Shown: piece after piece, positions 52,676 to 61,120 of the stretch
Numbering within the stretch: the first letter of the stretch is position 1
Layout of the letters: every line of letters begins with the position of its first letter
DNA from: Candidatus Poribacteria bacterium
GTDB lineage: Bacteria > Poribacteria > WGA-4E > WGA-3G
Direction of reading: 5' to 3'
NCBI GenBank assembly: GCA_965261115.1
Contig: OZ253447.1
Location: 3,845,287-3,909,286, forward strand
Length of the DNA stretch: 64,000 nt
Made by a program: the position numbers and the translations under genes
The notes under the pieces: generated by a model
Databases searched by the model: none
The model's input: the letters and a program-made list of their open reading frames with translations, nothing else
What the model was told of the DNA's origin: nothing

Positions 52676-53956
52676 TCAAGATAATTCCGTGCTCCAAAAA
52701 ACTTGTGCGCCGTTCCCGACATGACAGCGGTAAATTTCAGGTTCAATGCCGATCTGTTTTTGATATTCCTTCCGCACACGGGTTTGGAACGTTTCTATAG
52801 CGTCTTTATGAACGATGTTAACGGTGCAGCCGCCAAAACCTGCCCCTGTCATGCGACTTCCAATCACCCCCGTAATGCTACGTGCGATGTCGGTAAGTAG
52901 GTCTAACTCCTTGCAGCTGACTTCATAATCGTCGCGCAGTCCGTTATGTGACGCGTTCATTAGATTACCGAATTGTATGAGTGCTTCGTCTGTTTTTTCT
53001 GTTATCTGTTGATTACGCGCCTTGAGGACAGAAACTGCCTCTAATACACGCGTGTTTTCTTCAATCACATACCGACATCTCTTTTGTGTTAGTGCCGGTA
53101 ATTCTTCTTCGTGTTTTTTGAAATCCGTTAAGGCGACATCACGAAGTGAAGAGATACCGGGTATCCACTGGCTGAGGATATCTACGCCTCTTTCACATTC
53201 CGCGCGGCGTTTGTTATATTCTGAGGCAGCGAGTTCCCGTTTTACCTTTGTGTTACAAATCGTAATATAGTGGCCTGCTAAATTAAGCGGAACATGCTCA
53301 TATTCAAGCGAACGACAGTCAAGGAACAGTCCGTGGTTTTCCTTTCCTAACAGCGAGATCGTCTGGTCCATGATACCACAGTTAACTCCGGCAAATTCGT
53401 GTTCGACGCGTTGGCATAATGCTGCGAGTTCTTTCTTATGATTTTCAGGGATGGGAAACCCGTCCCCTACACGTTCGGAGCCGGCAGTTAAAAAAGCGAG
53501 TGTGGCGGAGACTGAAAGTGCGGCTGAAGAACTTAACCCTGCGCCAATTGGGATGTCGCCGGTGATAACGGCATCTATCCCCGCTACTGTTCTCCCTGAT
53601 GCTTGGAGAAGGGATGCAACACCGATAAGGTAATGGCTCCACGCGGGTGCTTGTTGTGGGATAGACTGGAGCGCGTCAAGGTTGAATTCCCAAGAATCGT
53701 TCACATCTGAGGCGTGTAGTGTGACACGTCGGTCAGTTCGCTGACGCGCGGCGATGTTAATATATTTATCAATGGCGACTGGAAACACATAACCGTCGTT
53801 GTAATCTGTATGCTCACCGATGAGATTCACTCTGCCAGGGGCTGATGCGATGAATGTAGGCGGGCTGCCGAAGGTCTCCTCAAACTTCTGTGTAATAGGG
53901 GAGATTCGCTTGGGTTGTGGGTCGAGAGTTTGGTTGTTTGAAGCGTCTTTTTTCAT
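52676..53956 (-). CDS. galK: galactokinase
   Basis: Galactokinase signature GRVNLIGEHTDYNDG, GHMP motif PIGAGLSSSAA, and the C-terminal GAGFGGCTV. Confidence 0.87.
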   Translation of the reverse strand: MKKDASNNQTLDPQPKRISPITQKFEETFGSPPTFIASAPGRVNLIGEHTDYNDGYVFPVAIDKYINIAARQRTDRRVTLHASDVNDSWEFNLDALQSIPQQAPAWSHYLIGVASLLQASGRTVAGIDAVITGDIPIGAGLSSSAALSVSATLAFLTAGSERVGDGFPIPENHKKELAALCQRVEHEFAGVNCGIMDQTISLLGKENHGLFLDCRSLEYEHVPLNLAGHYITICNTKVKRELAASEYNKRRAECERGVDILSQWIPGISSLRDVALTDFKKHEEELPALTQKRCRYVIEENTRVLEAVSVLKARNQQITEKTDEALIQFGNLMNASHNGLRDDYEVSCKELDLLTDIARSITGVIGSRMTGAGFGGCTVNIVHKDAIETFQTRVRKEYQKQIGIEPEIYRCHVGNGAQVFWSTELS

Positions 53957-54678
53957 TTTTCGTTAAAAAAATTCAGAAGTCGTCCTAACATGTCAGGAAG
54001 TTCTTCGCGCGAGATATAGCAATCAACACTTATGTCAGGCTCTCTCTGGGGTTTTGATGTTGGGAGCTGCGTCAGGAGTTGTTCTTCTGGGGCATGCAGT
54101 GCGGGTTGTAAATTGGGTTGTACCGATTTTTGGGAAGCCGATGTCCTTTCCGCGATAACCAATTCGCCGACGGGGAGGTGCGTGGCAAGTGGGTGTATGT
54201 CTGTTTCAGTCAGAACGGTGATATGGGGAAGTGCTGCGTCTGCTAATCGTTGCAGTTGCATTGTCAAATAGGTGGTTTCCGTCAAAGTCTCTTCGGATCC
54301 CTCCGGTTGGCATGCAACAATTGTAATTAGGGGCATCCGTTTTTGTAAAACGGTTTCAATGGCTGAAAGAAGAAGGGACACATCAATCTCAACAGGAATC
54401 ACATCCATATCAGCGATGAAAAGAGAGGCGGGGTACCCTGAAATCGTTCCTTCGGCGATAATACCAGCGGCGTTAGTCGAGCTGATTTTTGCTGTTGAAG
54501 GATTGTCAAGTAGGTGCTCAAGACGTTTTTCGGCAAGTAAAGGGAACAAGGCACCACAGTGTGAGCAGGTATAAAGGTTCCGTTCAAGTTCACCTCTGAA
54601 AACGAATTCGTTGCACCCAGTGCATTTATACCATAAATTGATGCTTTGTGCTGTGTCAGTAGAGATACGCGCTTCCAT
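53953..54678 (-). CDS. AccD-like protein (acetyl-CoA carboxylase carboxyltransferase beta homolog) lacking catalytic glycine motifs
   Basis: The N-terminal zinc ribbon WYKCTGCNEFVFRGELERNLYTCSHCG...AEKRLEHLLD aligns with AccD. The downstream region is collinear, but FMGGSMG reads VIPVEID, SGGARMQE reads CQPEGSEE, and TMGGVSASFA reads DIHPLATHLP. Its stop overlaps the galK start by 4 nt. Confidence 0.7.
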   Translation of the reverse strand: MEARISTDTAQSINLWYKCTGCNEFVFRGELERNLYTCSHCGALFPLLAEKRLEHLLDNPSTAKISSTNAAGIIAEGTISGYPASLFIADMDVIPVEIDVSLLLSAIETVLQKRMPLITIVACQPEGSEETLTETTYLTMQLQRLADAALPHITVLTETDIHPLATHLPVGELVIAERTSASQKSVQPNLQPALHAPEEQLLTQLPTSKPQREPDISVDCYISREELPDMLGRLLNFFNEK

Positions 54679-54690
54679 ATTTGTATAGTT

Positions 54691-54836
54691 GTTAGTTAAC
54701 AGTTATAAGTTTTTAGTTAAGAGGGTTCTGATTATTCAAGTTTCTTTGGTAACCGTCAGTACTTCAATTGAGTAGAGACTTCTTGGAATAACGATCAAAC
54801 ATCAAAAACCAAACTTATAACTTATAACTTATAACT
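54691..54836. repeat. inverted AGTTATA/ACTTATA heptamer arrays in the intergenic region
   Basis: Left: GTTAGTTAACAGTTATAAGTT (54691-54714). Right: (ACTTATA)x3.5 at 54812-54836. Confidence 0.8.
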
Positions 54837-54850
54837 ATTCCCGTTTGAAC

Positions 54851-55210
54851 CTATAGGAAATGACCTATAGCCTCTGCTTCTGTATTGTAACAGTCAAAGA
54901 TTGTCATCAGTTTTGCCATAACAATAAGGCTTCTGATGTTGCCTCCAAGATTGAGAAGTACGACACTTCCTTCATTCCTGCGAATGGTGGTATAAGAAGC
55001 GACAAGCACGCCTAAACCGGAACTATCCATCATCTGGACCCGCTCCAGGTTTAAAATTAAGTTAAGTTTTTCGTCCTGTTCTGCTTCGTTATTTACTGTT
55101 TCAATCTGTTGGTCAATGATGGATTTAAGGGCTAAAGCATCTGCCCCAATAACTTTACCCTCAATATCTAAAATTGTAATACTGCCTTTATGTCGAACAT
55201 TAACTTGCAT
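54851..55210 (-). CDS. STAS-domain anti-sigma-factor antagonist (SpoIIAA/RsbV-like)
   Basis: About 119 aa with the conserved phosphorylatable-serine motif MMDSSGLGVLV. Confidence 0.8.
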   Translation of the reverse strand: MQVNVRHKGSITILDIEGKVIGADALALKSIIDQQIETVNNEAEQDEKLNLILNLERVQMMDSSGLGVLVASYTTIRRNEGSVVLLNLGGNIRSLIVMAKLMTIFDCYNTEAEAIGHFL

Positions 55211-55421
55211 AGTAATTCCTTGAGATATAAAATAGTCCCAAACCTAAAGTGGCAATTGCCGCATGCGATGCCCTATCCATCCGCTTTGATGAGGTCCGAT
55301 GCTTTATGCGCTGCGTCCTATAGACGGAAAGGCTTGGATGTATTGGATGAAATAGGTTTTAAGACAGACATCTTTCTGGTAGGCTTGGTTGGTATTAGAT
55401 CTACAAAAATATGAATAAATA

Positions 55422-56168
55422 TCATTGCGCCTCCAGTTCTGCCATGTATTTAACCATTTTGATGATGGTGCCATTGGCTTCATAGGTTACAGCGTCCATA
55501 CAGGCTTCCATGAGAAATATGCCTCTGCCACTGCTTTTGAGCAAATTCGCTGGATCAAGAGGGTCAGCAACTTCTTGGCGTGTGAATCCATCGCCTTGGT
55601 CCTCAATAACAATAGTTAATTTATCTTCATCAAGAATAAACTGGATTGTTGCCCTTTTGTGTGGATCCTCTTTATTTCCATGTTTAATAGCGTTTGTACC
55701 CGCTTCAATGGCGGCCAGGTTAATCTGCTCTTGCGTTTCCTCGGAGAAATTCGTCCCTTTCAATATCTCGGTAACGACAACGTCGAGCAGGTAAACGTGT
55801 TGCATTGAGCTTGGGAGAGAAAGCATAATAACCCGTGCGGTTTCGGTTTCTTTATGTTTGAATCCTTCGCTTTCTTCCAGGGTGTTAATGGTAAGTTCGT
55901 TCTCAGTCAGTATTAACTGAAAAGTTATTTGTTTGGTCGGATCCTCTCTATTGCCGTTTTCAATAGCGTTTGTACCCGCTTCAATGGCAGCAAGGTTAAT
56001 CCGCTCTTGGGTGTCTTCATCGAAATCCGTTTCGTTGAGGATTTCGGTGACAACAGCCTTGAGCAGGTAAACATGTTGCATTGAGCTTGGGAGAGAAAGC
56101 GTAATAGCTTGTTCAGTCCTCTCGCCCACGTTTGAAGCTCCTTCTCTGTGCACTTGGATATTTTCCAA
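55422..56168 (-). CDS. RsbW/SpoIIAB-like serine kinase (anti-sigma factor type) with a duplicated, degenerate N-terminal half
   Basis: Second half: N-box EAGTNAIKHG, G1 DQGDGF, G2 GRGIFL. The first half repeats ~95 aa (LSLPSSMQHVYLL..VVTEIL...EETQE.INLAAIEAGTNAIENG) but lacks G1/G2. Confidence 0.75.
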   Translation of the reverse strand: MENIQVHREGASNVGERTEQAITLSLPSSMQHVYLLKAVVTEILNETDFDEDTQERINLAAIEAGTNAIENGNREDPTKQITFQLILTENELTINTLEESEGFKHKETETARVIMLSLPSSMQHVYLLDVVVTEILKGTNFSEETQEQINLAAIEAGTNAIKHGNKEDPHKRATIQFILDEDKLTIVIEDQGDGFTRQEVADPLDPANLLKSSGRGIFLMEACMDAVTYEANGTIIKMVKYMAELEAQ

Positions 56169-56255
56169 GGGTGTCTATAAGATGGACTTGAGAATAGTCC
56201 GATCTTTCGTTATTTTGTTAGGCGGGCAGTGCCTACACGGCATGCCCATCGTGTT

Positions 56256-57470
56256 TTAGACATTGCGTTTTATAACAATTAAAGCCCGATCATCATGGGT
56301 TTGTGTGCTTCCACTGAACCGTGCTAAATCTTCAACAATTGCTTCGCATAGTGCTGATGCTGATAGTGAAGCATTTTTAGAGAGGCAAGCAGCGAGCCTA
56401 TCCCCACCATAGAACATGTTGGTCAGTATTGCGTCTTCATGCCCATTATCCGATTCTGAAGCCGTGCTATCTCCAGTTTCTGTTTCAGTGATACCATCGG
56501 TATAGAAAGCGATGATATCGCCGGGGGCCAGGTGGCAGGTGCCGGTTGTGAAAGTTGCTTCGTCAAATGCCCCTATTAACATACCGCCGGTTTTTAAGAC
56601 GGTTATGTTGCTGTCCTGAGTCCAGTGAAATGGATAGCAGTGTCCACCGTTTGAATATGTAAAGGTTGAAGCGGTTGTGTCTAATATCCCGTAGACCATT
56701 GTTGCGAATAGATCCGCTTCGGTGTCTCGGACGACTAAGTCGTTAATCCGTTTAAGGATTGAAGCGGGTGCCTCTTCCTCATGACAGAGGAGTCGGAGTG
56801 CTGTCCGGATCATCACCATTAGGAGTGCTGCTGGAATACCACTCCCCTTTACATCACCGAGAACGATCCCAATCTGTGTTTCGGTCAACGGTATGAAATC
56901 GTAGAAGTCGCCAGAGACGGATGTAGAACTTTGTAACAGGGTTGCAATGTCAAATCCATCAATATTGGGTGCCTGTTCTGGTAATAATTTTTTCTGAATA
57001 GCAGCGGCGGCTTGAAGATGTCCTGCGAGTTGTTCCAACCCCTTTTCGCTAAACCCTTCGCCCATTGCTCGCATAAGGGGGTTGATGTATTTAATGGGTC
57101 GCGTTCTGCCGAGGACGGCTTCAATGCGTGCGGTTACTTCGCGTAAATCAAAGGGTTTTGTAATGTAATCATCAGCACCAGTATCCAACCCACGGACTTT
57201 ATCCTCCGTCTGCCCGCGCGCCGTAACGAGAATGATTGGAACGTTTTTTGTCTCCTGTATATCTTTTAGTTCTTCTATGACCTGGAACCCATTTTTATGT
57301 GGCATCATCACATCGAGAAGTATCAGATCTGGTGGATCTGTGGAGGCACTTTGTACTGCGCTTTCCCCATCACTTGCGGTCTGTACATCGTAGCCCTCTG
57401 GTTCAAGGTTCATCTTTAGTAGTTCAAGTATGTCCAGATCGTCATCGACGACTAAGATCGTTTCAGCCAT
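56256..57470 (-). CDS. response regulator receiver fused to PP2C/SpoIIE phosphatase (RsbU-like)
   Basis: REC domain: ILVVDDDLDILELL...DLILLDVMMPHKNGF...PIILVTAR. PP2C domain: SGDFYDF, GDVKGSGIPAAL, YTDGITE, DDRALIV. The start was chosen at MAETILVVDD. Confidence 0.85.
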   Translation of the reverse strand: MAETILVVDDDLDILELLKMNLEPEGYDVQTASDGESAVQSASTDPPDLILLDVMMPHKNGFQVIEELKDIQETKNVPIILVTARGQTEDKVRGLDTGADDYITKPFDLREVTARIEAVLGRTRPIKYINPLMRAMGEGFSEKGLEQLAGHLQAAAAIQKKLLPEQAPNIDGFDIATLLQSSTSVSGDFYDFIPLTETQIGIVLGDVKGSGIPAALLMVMIRTALRLLCHEEEAPASILKRINDLVVRDTEADLFATMVYGILDTTASTFTYSNGGHCYPFHWTQDSNITVLKTGGMLIGAFDEATFTTGTCHLAPGDIIAFYTDGITETETGDSTASESDNGHEDAILTNMFYGGDRLAACLSKNASLSASALCEAIVEDLARFSGSTQTHDDRALIVIKRNV

Positions 57471-57515
57471 ATTTTTAGATTCTTTAGATATTGTGTTTCT
57501 GCTGCGACTCACTGC

Positions 57516-57542
57516 ACCGAACCGCAAGGCACTTTAGAAAGA
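57516..57542 (-). repeat. dispersed motif copy D (minus orientation)
   Basis: The reverse complement reads TCTTTCTAAAGTGCCTTGCGGTTCGGT. The TAA is the stop codon of the histidine kinase. It lies between the HK and the response-regulator start. Confidence 0.8.
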
Positions 57543-59930
57543 CGGAATAAAAAATTGGAAGTTGCACCCTTGTCCGTTATCTCCGGTGTCCACCCATAGT
57601 TTTCCACCGTGTGCTTCGACGATTCCAGATGCGATTGAGAGTCCTAAGCCGCTTCCGCCCTGTTGCCGCGTCTGTACATTTCCGAGTTGTCTGAATTTAT
57701 CGAAAACCTTTTCTCTCTCTTCAGGCGGGATACCTGGTCCCGTATCGATCACTTCAACGTGAAAACCGTCGCGTTCCCTCCCGTTCTGGGAAGCGTTTGA
57801 TATTCTAACGGTTACCTTTCCGTTATCAGGGGTAAATTTAATAGCGTTTCCAATCAGGTTGATAAAAATTTGTCCAATTCGGTCGGCGTCGGCAATCATG
57901 AGCGGTAAATTCGGTGGTGTCTCCAAGAGTAGAGAGATAGATTTCTCATCTGCTTGTGGACGGAGTTCTTCGATCCGGCGTTTTGCGATCCAATCTATCT
58001 GTACTTGTTCCTGCTTCATCTCAATCCGTCCGGATTCGATTCGGGAAACGTCAAGCAGATCGTTGATAAGGACAGCAAGTCGCTTTGATTGACGATGTGC
58101 CCGGCTCAAGCTTTCGTGCTGTTTCTGATTAATTTGACCGGTTTTCCCCTCAAGGATCAGTGAAATAAAGCCGATGATGGAAGTTAGAGGTGTCCGTAAT
58201 TCATGCGACACAAGAGACACAAACTCCGATTTCATTTGTTCTATTTCGTGTTCATTCGTGATGTCATCAAAGACATAAACTGTACCAGCGACGTTGTTGC
58301 TCTCATCAGGAAACTGACTGGCTATAATGCGGAGGACTCGAGCCTGATCACCGTTGTGTTGATGTCCATTGACACTCATTTCCGCGATCATCGTTTGGTG
58401 CTGTGTCATCTCACGTTGCGAGGCAGACAGAATTTTCATATCAACCGTTTGTGTTTCTTGCATTTGGGGTTCTTCGGTTGATTCTGATGCTTTTGTCCAG
58501 CGGATTGTACCGGTTTCTGTGTCAATTGTGATATAGTTTTCGTAACCGGTGGTTTCTCCAAGGTTAAGGAGTCGTTCAGCCACAGGATTGACGTACAGCA
58601 CATGTCCGGTGGGTTCAACAACAATCAGCCCTTCACCGAGGTTATCTACGATGGCGGTAAGTTTTCTCTCCTCTCGCGTGAGTTTGTCAACTGCGGTTTT
58701 CAGGTTTCGGCGCATCTCGTTGAATGCTTCAGCGAGGGTGCCGACTTCGTCATCGCTGTCAACGACGATTTCGCTATCAAATTCACCTTGTCCGATACTA
58801 CGTGCCGCTTGTGCCACTTTCAATATAGGTGTTGCGATTCGTTGTGCTGCCCACCATGCAATAAGTACAACGATACAACTTGACACAATGGTAACATAAA
58901 AAATATAGTTGTTTAATTTGGCGACCCCAACATAAGCCGAAGCAGTTGGTCGTGAAATAAAGACGATCCAATTGCTGAAGTTTTGCCGAACCTTCCACGG
59001 TTCGTCAGATGAGCGTTGGGTTCGCGCCCAGCCGTACACACGCGGTTCGTTGAAGCTATCCGTTTCACCTTCTGCTTCATAATCGTAGTATTTTCCTTGA
59101 TCCGCCTTTTTTGCCTCGATAATTGCTTCCTCTGCTGCATTGTTCATCTCCATGTAGGTATCTACTTGATACCCACTTTTCGATGAAGCCGCAATGATTT
59201 TACCGGATTCATCTGTTAAGATAGTGTGTGTTTTCTCCGATTCGAGGCTTGACTCCACAATACGTGTGAGTTCAGGGAGTACCAGTACAATCCGCAACAC
59301 GCCCACCGTGTTATTTTCTGCATTTGCTGCCGAGGCTTCGGATGTCGTACGTATTGGAAGTGCGATTGGTAGCAGATGTACTTTCCGTCTTTTGTCATAA
59401 CTGATGTCTTCAGCAAATGGGTAACCTATACCGTTGTTGTATGCGCTCTGCCACCAGGTTGTGTTATTTACCTGATGTGGGATGCCTCTTTGGATGGAGT
59501 AATCCAGTTGCTGGTTGTTTGAACGGATCACATATCCGGATGCATTGGTAATAGTTACCACAGTTTTGTCACCGGCATAAGTTTCAAGTAGCCGTATACT
59601 ATCCACGAGCTGCGTCCAAACTTTAAAAAATACGATTTCTTCTCCATTAGCAGTGTTGGAACGTACAACTGCTGTTCGGATATTTGGGAGTTCAGCTTGG
59701 ATTTTTTCGATTTTCTCGGAAATGGCATTGTCCACGCGGGCGAGTTTTTCTTGCGCCAGAAGTACATGGTTTTCGCCGACAGTTCCTTTTAAAGCGTTTT
59801 CACCCAACACCTTGATCGCCAGTGAAATGGCGAACAGTGGCATGAGTGCGACTAACAGAAAAAGCACCACCTGTTGACCGCGTAGCCCAACCTTAAACCG
59901 AAAACGCTCTGTACGATTTTTGTCTTTCAT
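57534..59930 (-). CDS. sensor histidine kinase (two TM, large periplasmic domain, HAMP, PAS, HisKA, HATPase)
   Basis: H-box SHELRTPLTSIIGF, N-box NLIGNAIKFT, G1 DTGPGI, G2 GGSGLGLSI. The HAMP-like segment follows the second TM (IVVLIAWWAAQRIATPILKV). Confidence 0.85.
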   Translation of the reverse strand: MKDKNRTERFRFKVGLRGQQVVLFLLVALMPLFAISLAIKVLGENALKGTVGENHVLLAQEKLARVDNAISEKIEKIQAELPNIRTAVVRSNTANGEEIVFFKVWTQLVDSIRLLETYAGDKTVVTITNASGYVIRSNNQQLDYSIQRGIPHQVNNTTWWQSAYNNGIGYPFAEDISYDKRRKVHLLPIALPIRTTSEASAANAENNTVGVLRIVLVLPELTRIVESSLESEKTHTILTDESGKIIAASSKSGYQVDTYMEMNNAAEEAIIEAKKADQGKYYDYEAEGETDSFNEPRVYGWARTQRSSDEPWKVRQNFSNWIVFISRPTASAYVGVAKLNNYIFYVTIVSSCIVVLIAWWAAQRIATPILKVAQAARSIGQGEFDSEIVVDSDDEVGTLAEAFNEMRRNLKTAVDKLTREERKLTAIVDNLGEGLIVVEPTGHVLYVNPVAERLLNLGETTGYENYITIDTETGTIRWTKASESTEEPQMQETQTVDMKILSASQREMTQHQTMIAEMSVNGHQHNGDQARVLRIIASQFPDESNNVAGTVYVFDDITNEHEIEQMKSEFVSLVSHELRTPLTSIIGFISLILEGKTGQINQKQHESLSRAHRQSKRLAVLINDLLDVSRIESGRIEMKQEQVQIDWIAKRRIEELRPQADEKSISLLLETPPNLPLMIADADRIGQIFINLIGNAIKFTPDNGKVTVRISNASQNGRERDGFHVEVIDTGPGIPPEEREKVFDKFRQLGNVQTRQQGGSGLGLSIASGIVEAHGGKLWVDTGDNGQGCNFQFFIPSF

Positions 59931-59936
59931 GTGCTA

Positions 59937-60045
59937 AAGTTATAAGTTATAGGTTGTAAGTTATAAACTACGATGCTGTGAATACCACAACAAAACTACC
60001 TGCCACAAGAAGTTAACTGTTAACTTATAACCTATAACCGTTAAC
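59937..60045. repeat. inverted AGTTATA/ACTTATA heptamer arrays (second intergenic region)
   Basis: Left: AGTTATA-AGTTATA-GGTTGTA-AGTTATA (59937-59968). Right: AGTTAACTGTTAACTTATAACCTATAACCGTTAAC (60011-60045). Confidence 0.8.
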
Positions 60046-60062
60046 TCTCTATGGTTTTTCTC

Positions 60063-60401
60063 TTACATGAAAGCGGCGCGCGCGGCCTCCTCCGTATCAT
60101 AAATTTCGATAACGGTTGCGAGCTGCGTTACCTCCAAGACTTCTTGAACTGCTTTCTGTGGGTTAAGCAAAACGAGTTTCCCACCAGATTCCTGACAGCA
60201 TTTTAAGGTGGTTACAATCGCGCCTAACGCGCTGCTGTCGATTAGCGAAACGTTCGTTAGATCAACAACTAATTTATCGCGCCCCGTTTGAAGTTGCAGT
60301 TCCATTTCCTTGCGAAAAGTATCGGTGGCGTTTCCAAGGATCTTACCTTCAATATGAAGGGTGGAGATATTGCCCGTCTCAATTGTTGTCTCAAAATTCA
60401 T
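60063..60401 (-). CDS. STAS-domain anti-sigma-factor antagonist (second copy)
   Basis: MNFETTIE...LIDSSALGAIV carries the conserved serine. About 112 aa from the internal ATG. Confidence 0.8.
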   Translation of the reverse strand: MNFETTIETGNISTLHIEGKILGNATDTFRKEMELQLQTGRDKLVVDLTNVSLIDSSALGAIVTTLKCCQESGGKLVLLNPQKAVQEVLEVTQLATVIEIYDTEEAARAAFM

Positions 60402-60441
60402 AAGACTTATCCTTAGTATTTCTTTTGTCGGCTTTGTTCTT

Positions 60442-61119
60442 TTATTCGGTTGTGTTAACACGGTGCATCACAACATAACCTCGGTTGAGTTTTGAATTGA
60501 TAAAGACAGTTTCAACGCATCCACCGAGCGCGCTCAAGTGTGTGGTGCTGTTGTTAATTTCACTATTTATTATTTTTTCTCCAGACTTGTAAGCTACCCA
60601 TTTCCCCGTTGATTTTAGGAAGGGTAGGCAGTACACTGCTGAGTCTTGGATACTTGCGACGTAGCGAGTGAAAACCCAATCATAGGCACCAACGCGATCG
60701 GGGTCTTGGGCACAAACTTCCGCACGTTCAGTCAGTACTTCAGTGTTGACTGCTTGATGAAGGTCGAGTTGCAAGATCAGAAATTTTAGGAAACTACTTT
60801 TCTTTTTTGATGCTTCAACAAGTGTTAGCCGAATATCTGGTCTGTAAATTTTCAGTGCGATTCCAGGGAACCCTGCACCTGTTCCGACATCAATCACGGC
60901 ATCACCGCTTTTAAGTGAAATATGTTCTAAAACACTCAACGAATCGAGAAAATGCTTATGAATAATCTCATCTTCATCTGTAATTGCTGTCAGGTTGATA
61001 TGTTTATTCCACCGGAGCAGTTCGGTGCGATATTGATCAAACTGTGCTACCTGCTGTGTCGTTAAAGGAAATCCGTACTGATCAAACGTCTTTTTTAAAA
61101 CGTGCATGTCCGTTGCCAA
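60442..61119 (-). CDS. rsmG: 16S rRNA (guanine527-N7)-methyltransferase
   Basis: LLRWNKHINLTAI, HFLDSL and the SAM motif VIDVGTGAGFPGIALKI. It sits immediately downstream of mnmG, the classic gidA-gidB arrangement. Confidence 0.85.
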   Translation of the reverse strand: MATDMHVLKKTFDQYGFPLTTQQVAQFDQYRTELLRWNKHINLTAITDEDEIIHKHFLDSLSVLEHISLKSGDAVIDVGTGAGFPGIALKIYRPDIRLTLVEASKKKSSFLKFLILQLDLHQAVNTEVLTERAEVCAQDPDRVGAYDWVFTRYVASIQDSAVYCLPFLKSTGKWVAYKSGEKIINSEINNSTTHLSALGGCVETVFINSKLNRGYVVMHRVNTTE

Positions 61120-61120
61120 G

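Noticed and set aside
53953-54678. Annotating this ORF as a functional acetyl-CoA carboxylase beta subunit (accD)
   Set aside because: The zinc ribbon and overall collinearity are AccD-like, but every glycine-rich catalytic motif I can align is replaced. It is kept as 'AccD-like, probably non-catalytic'.
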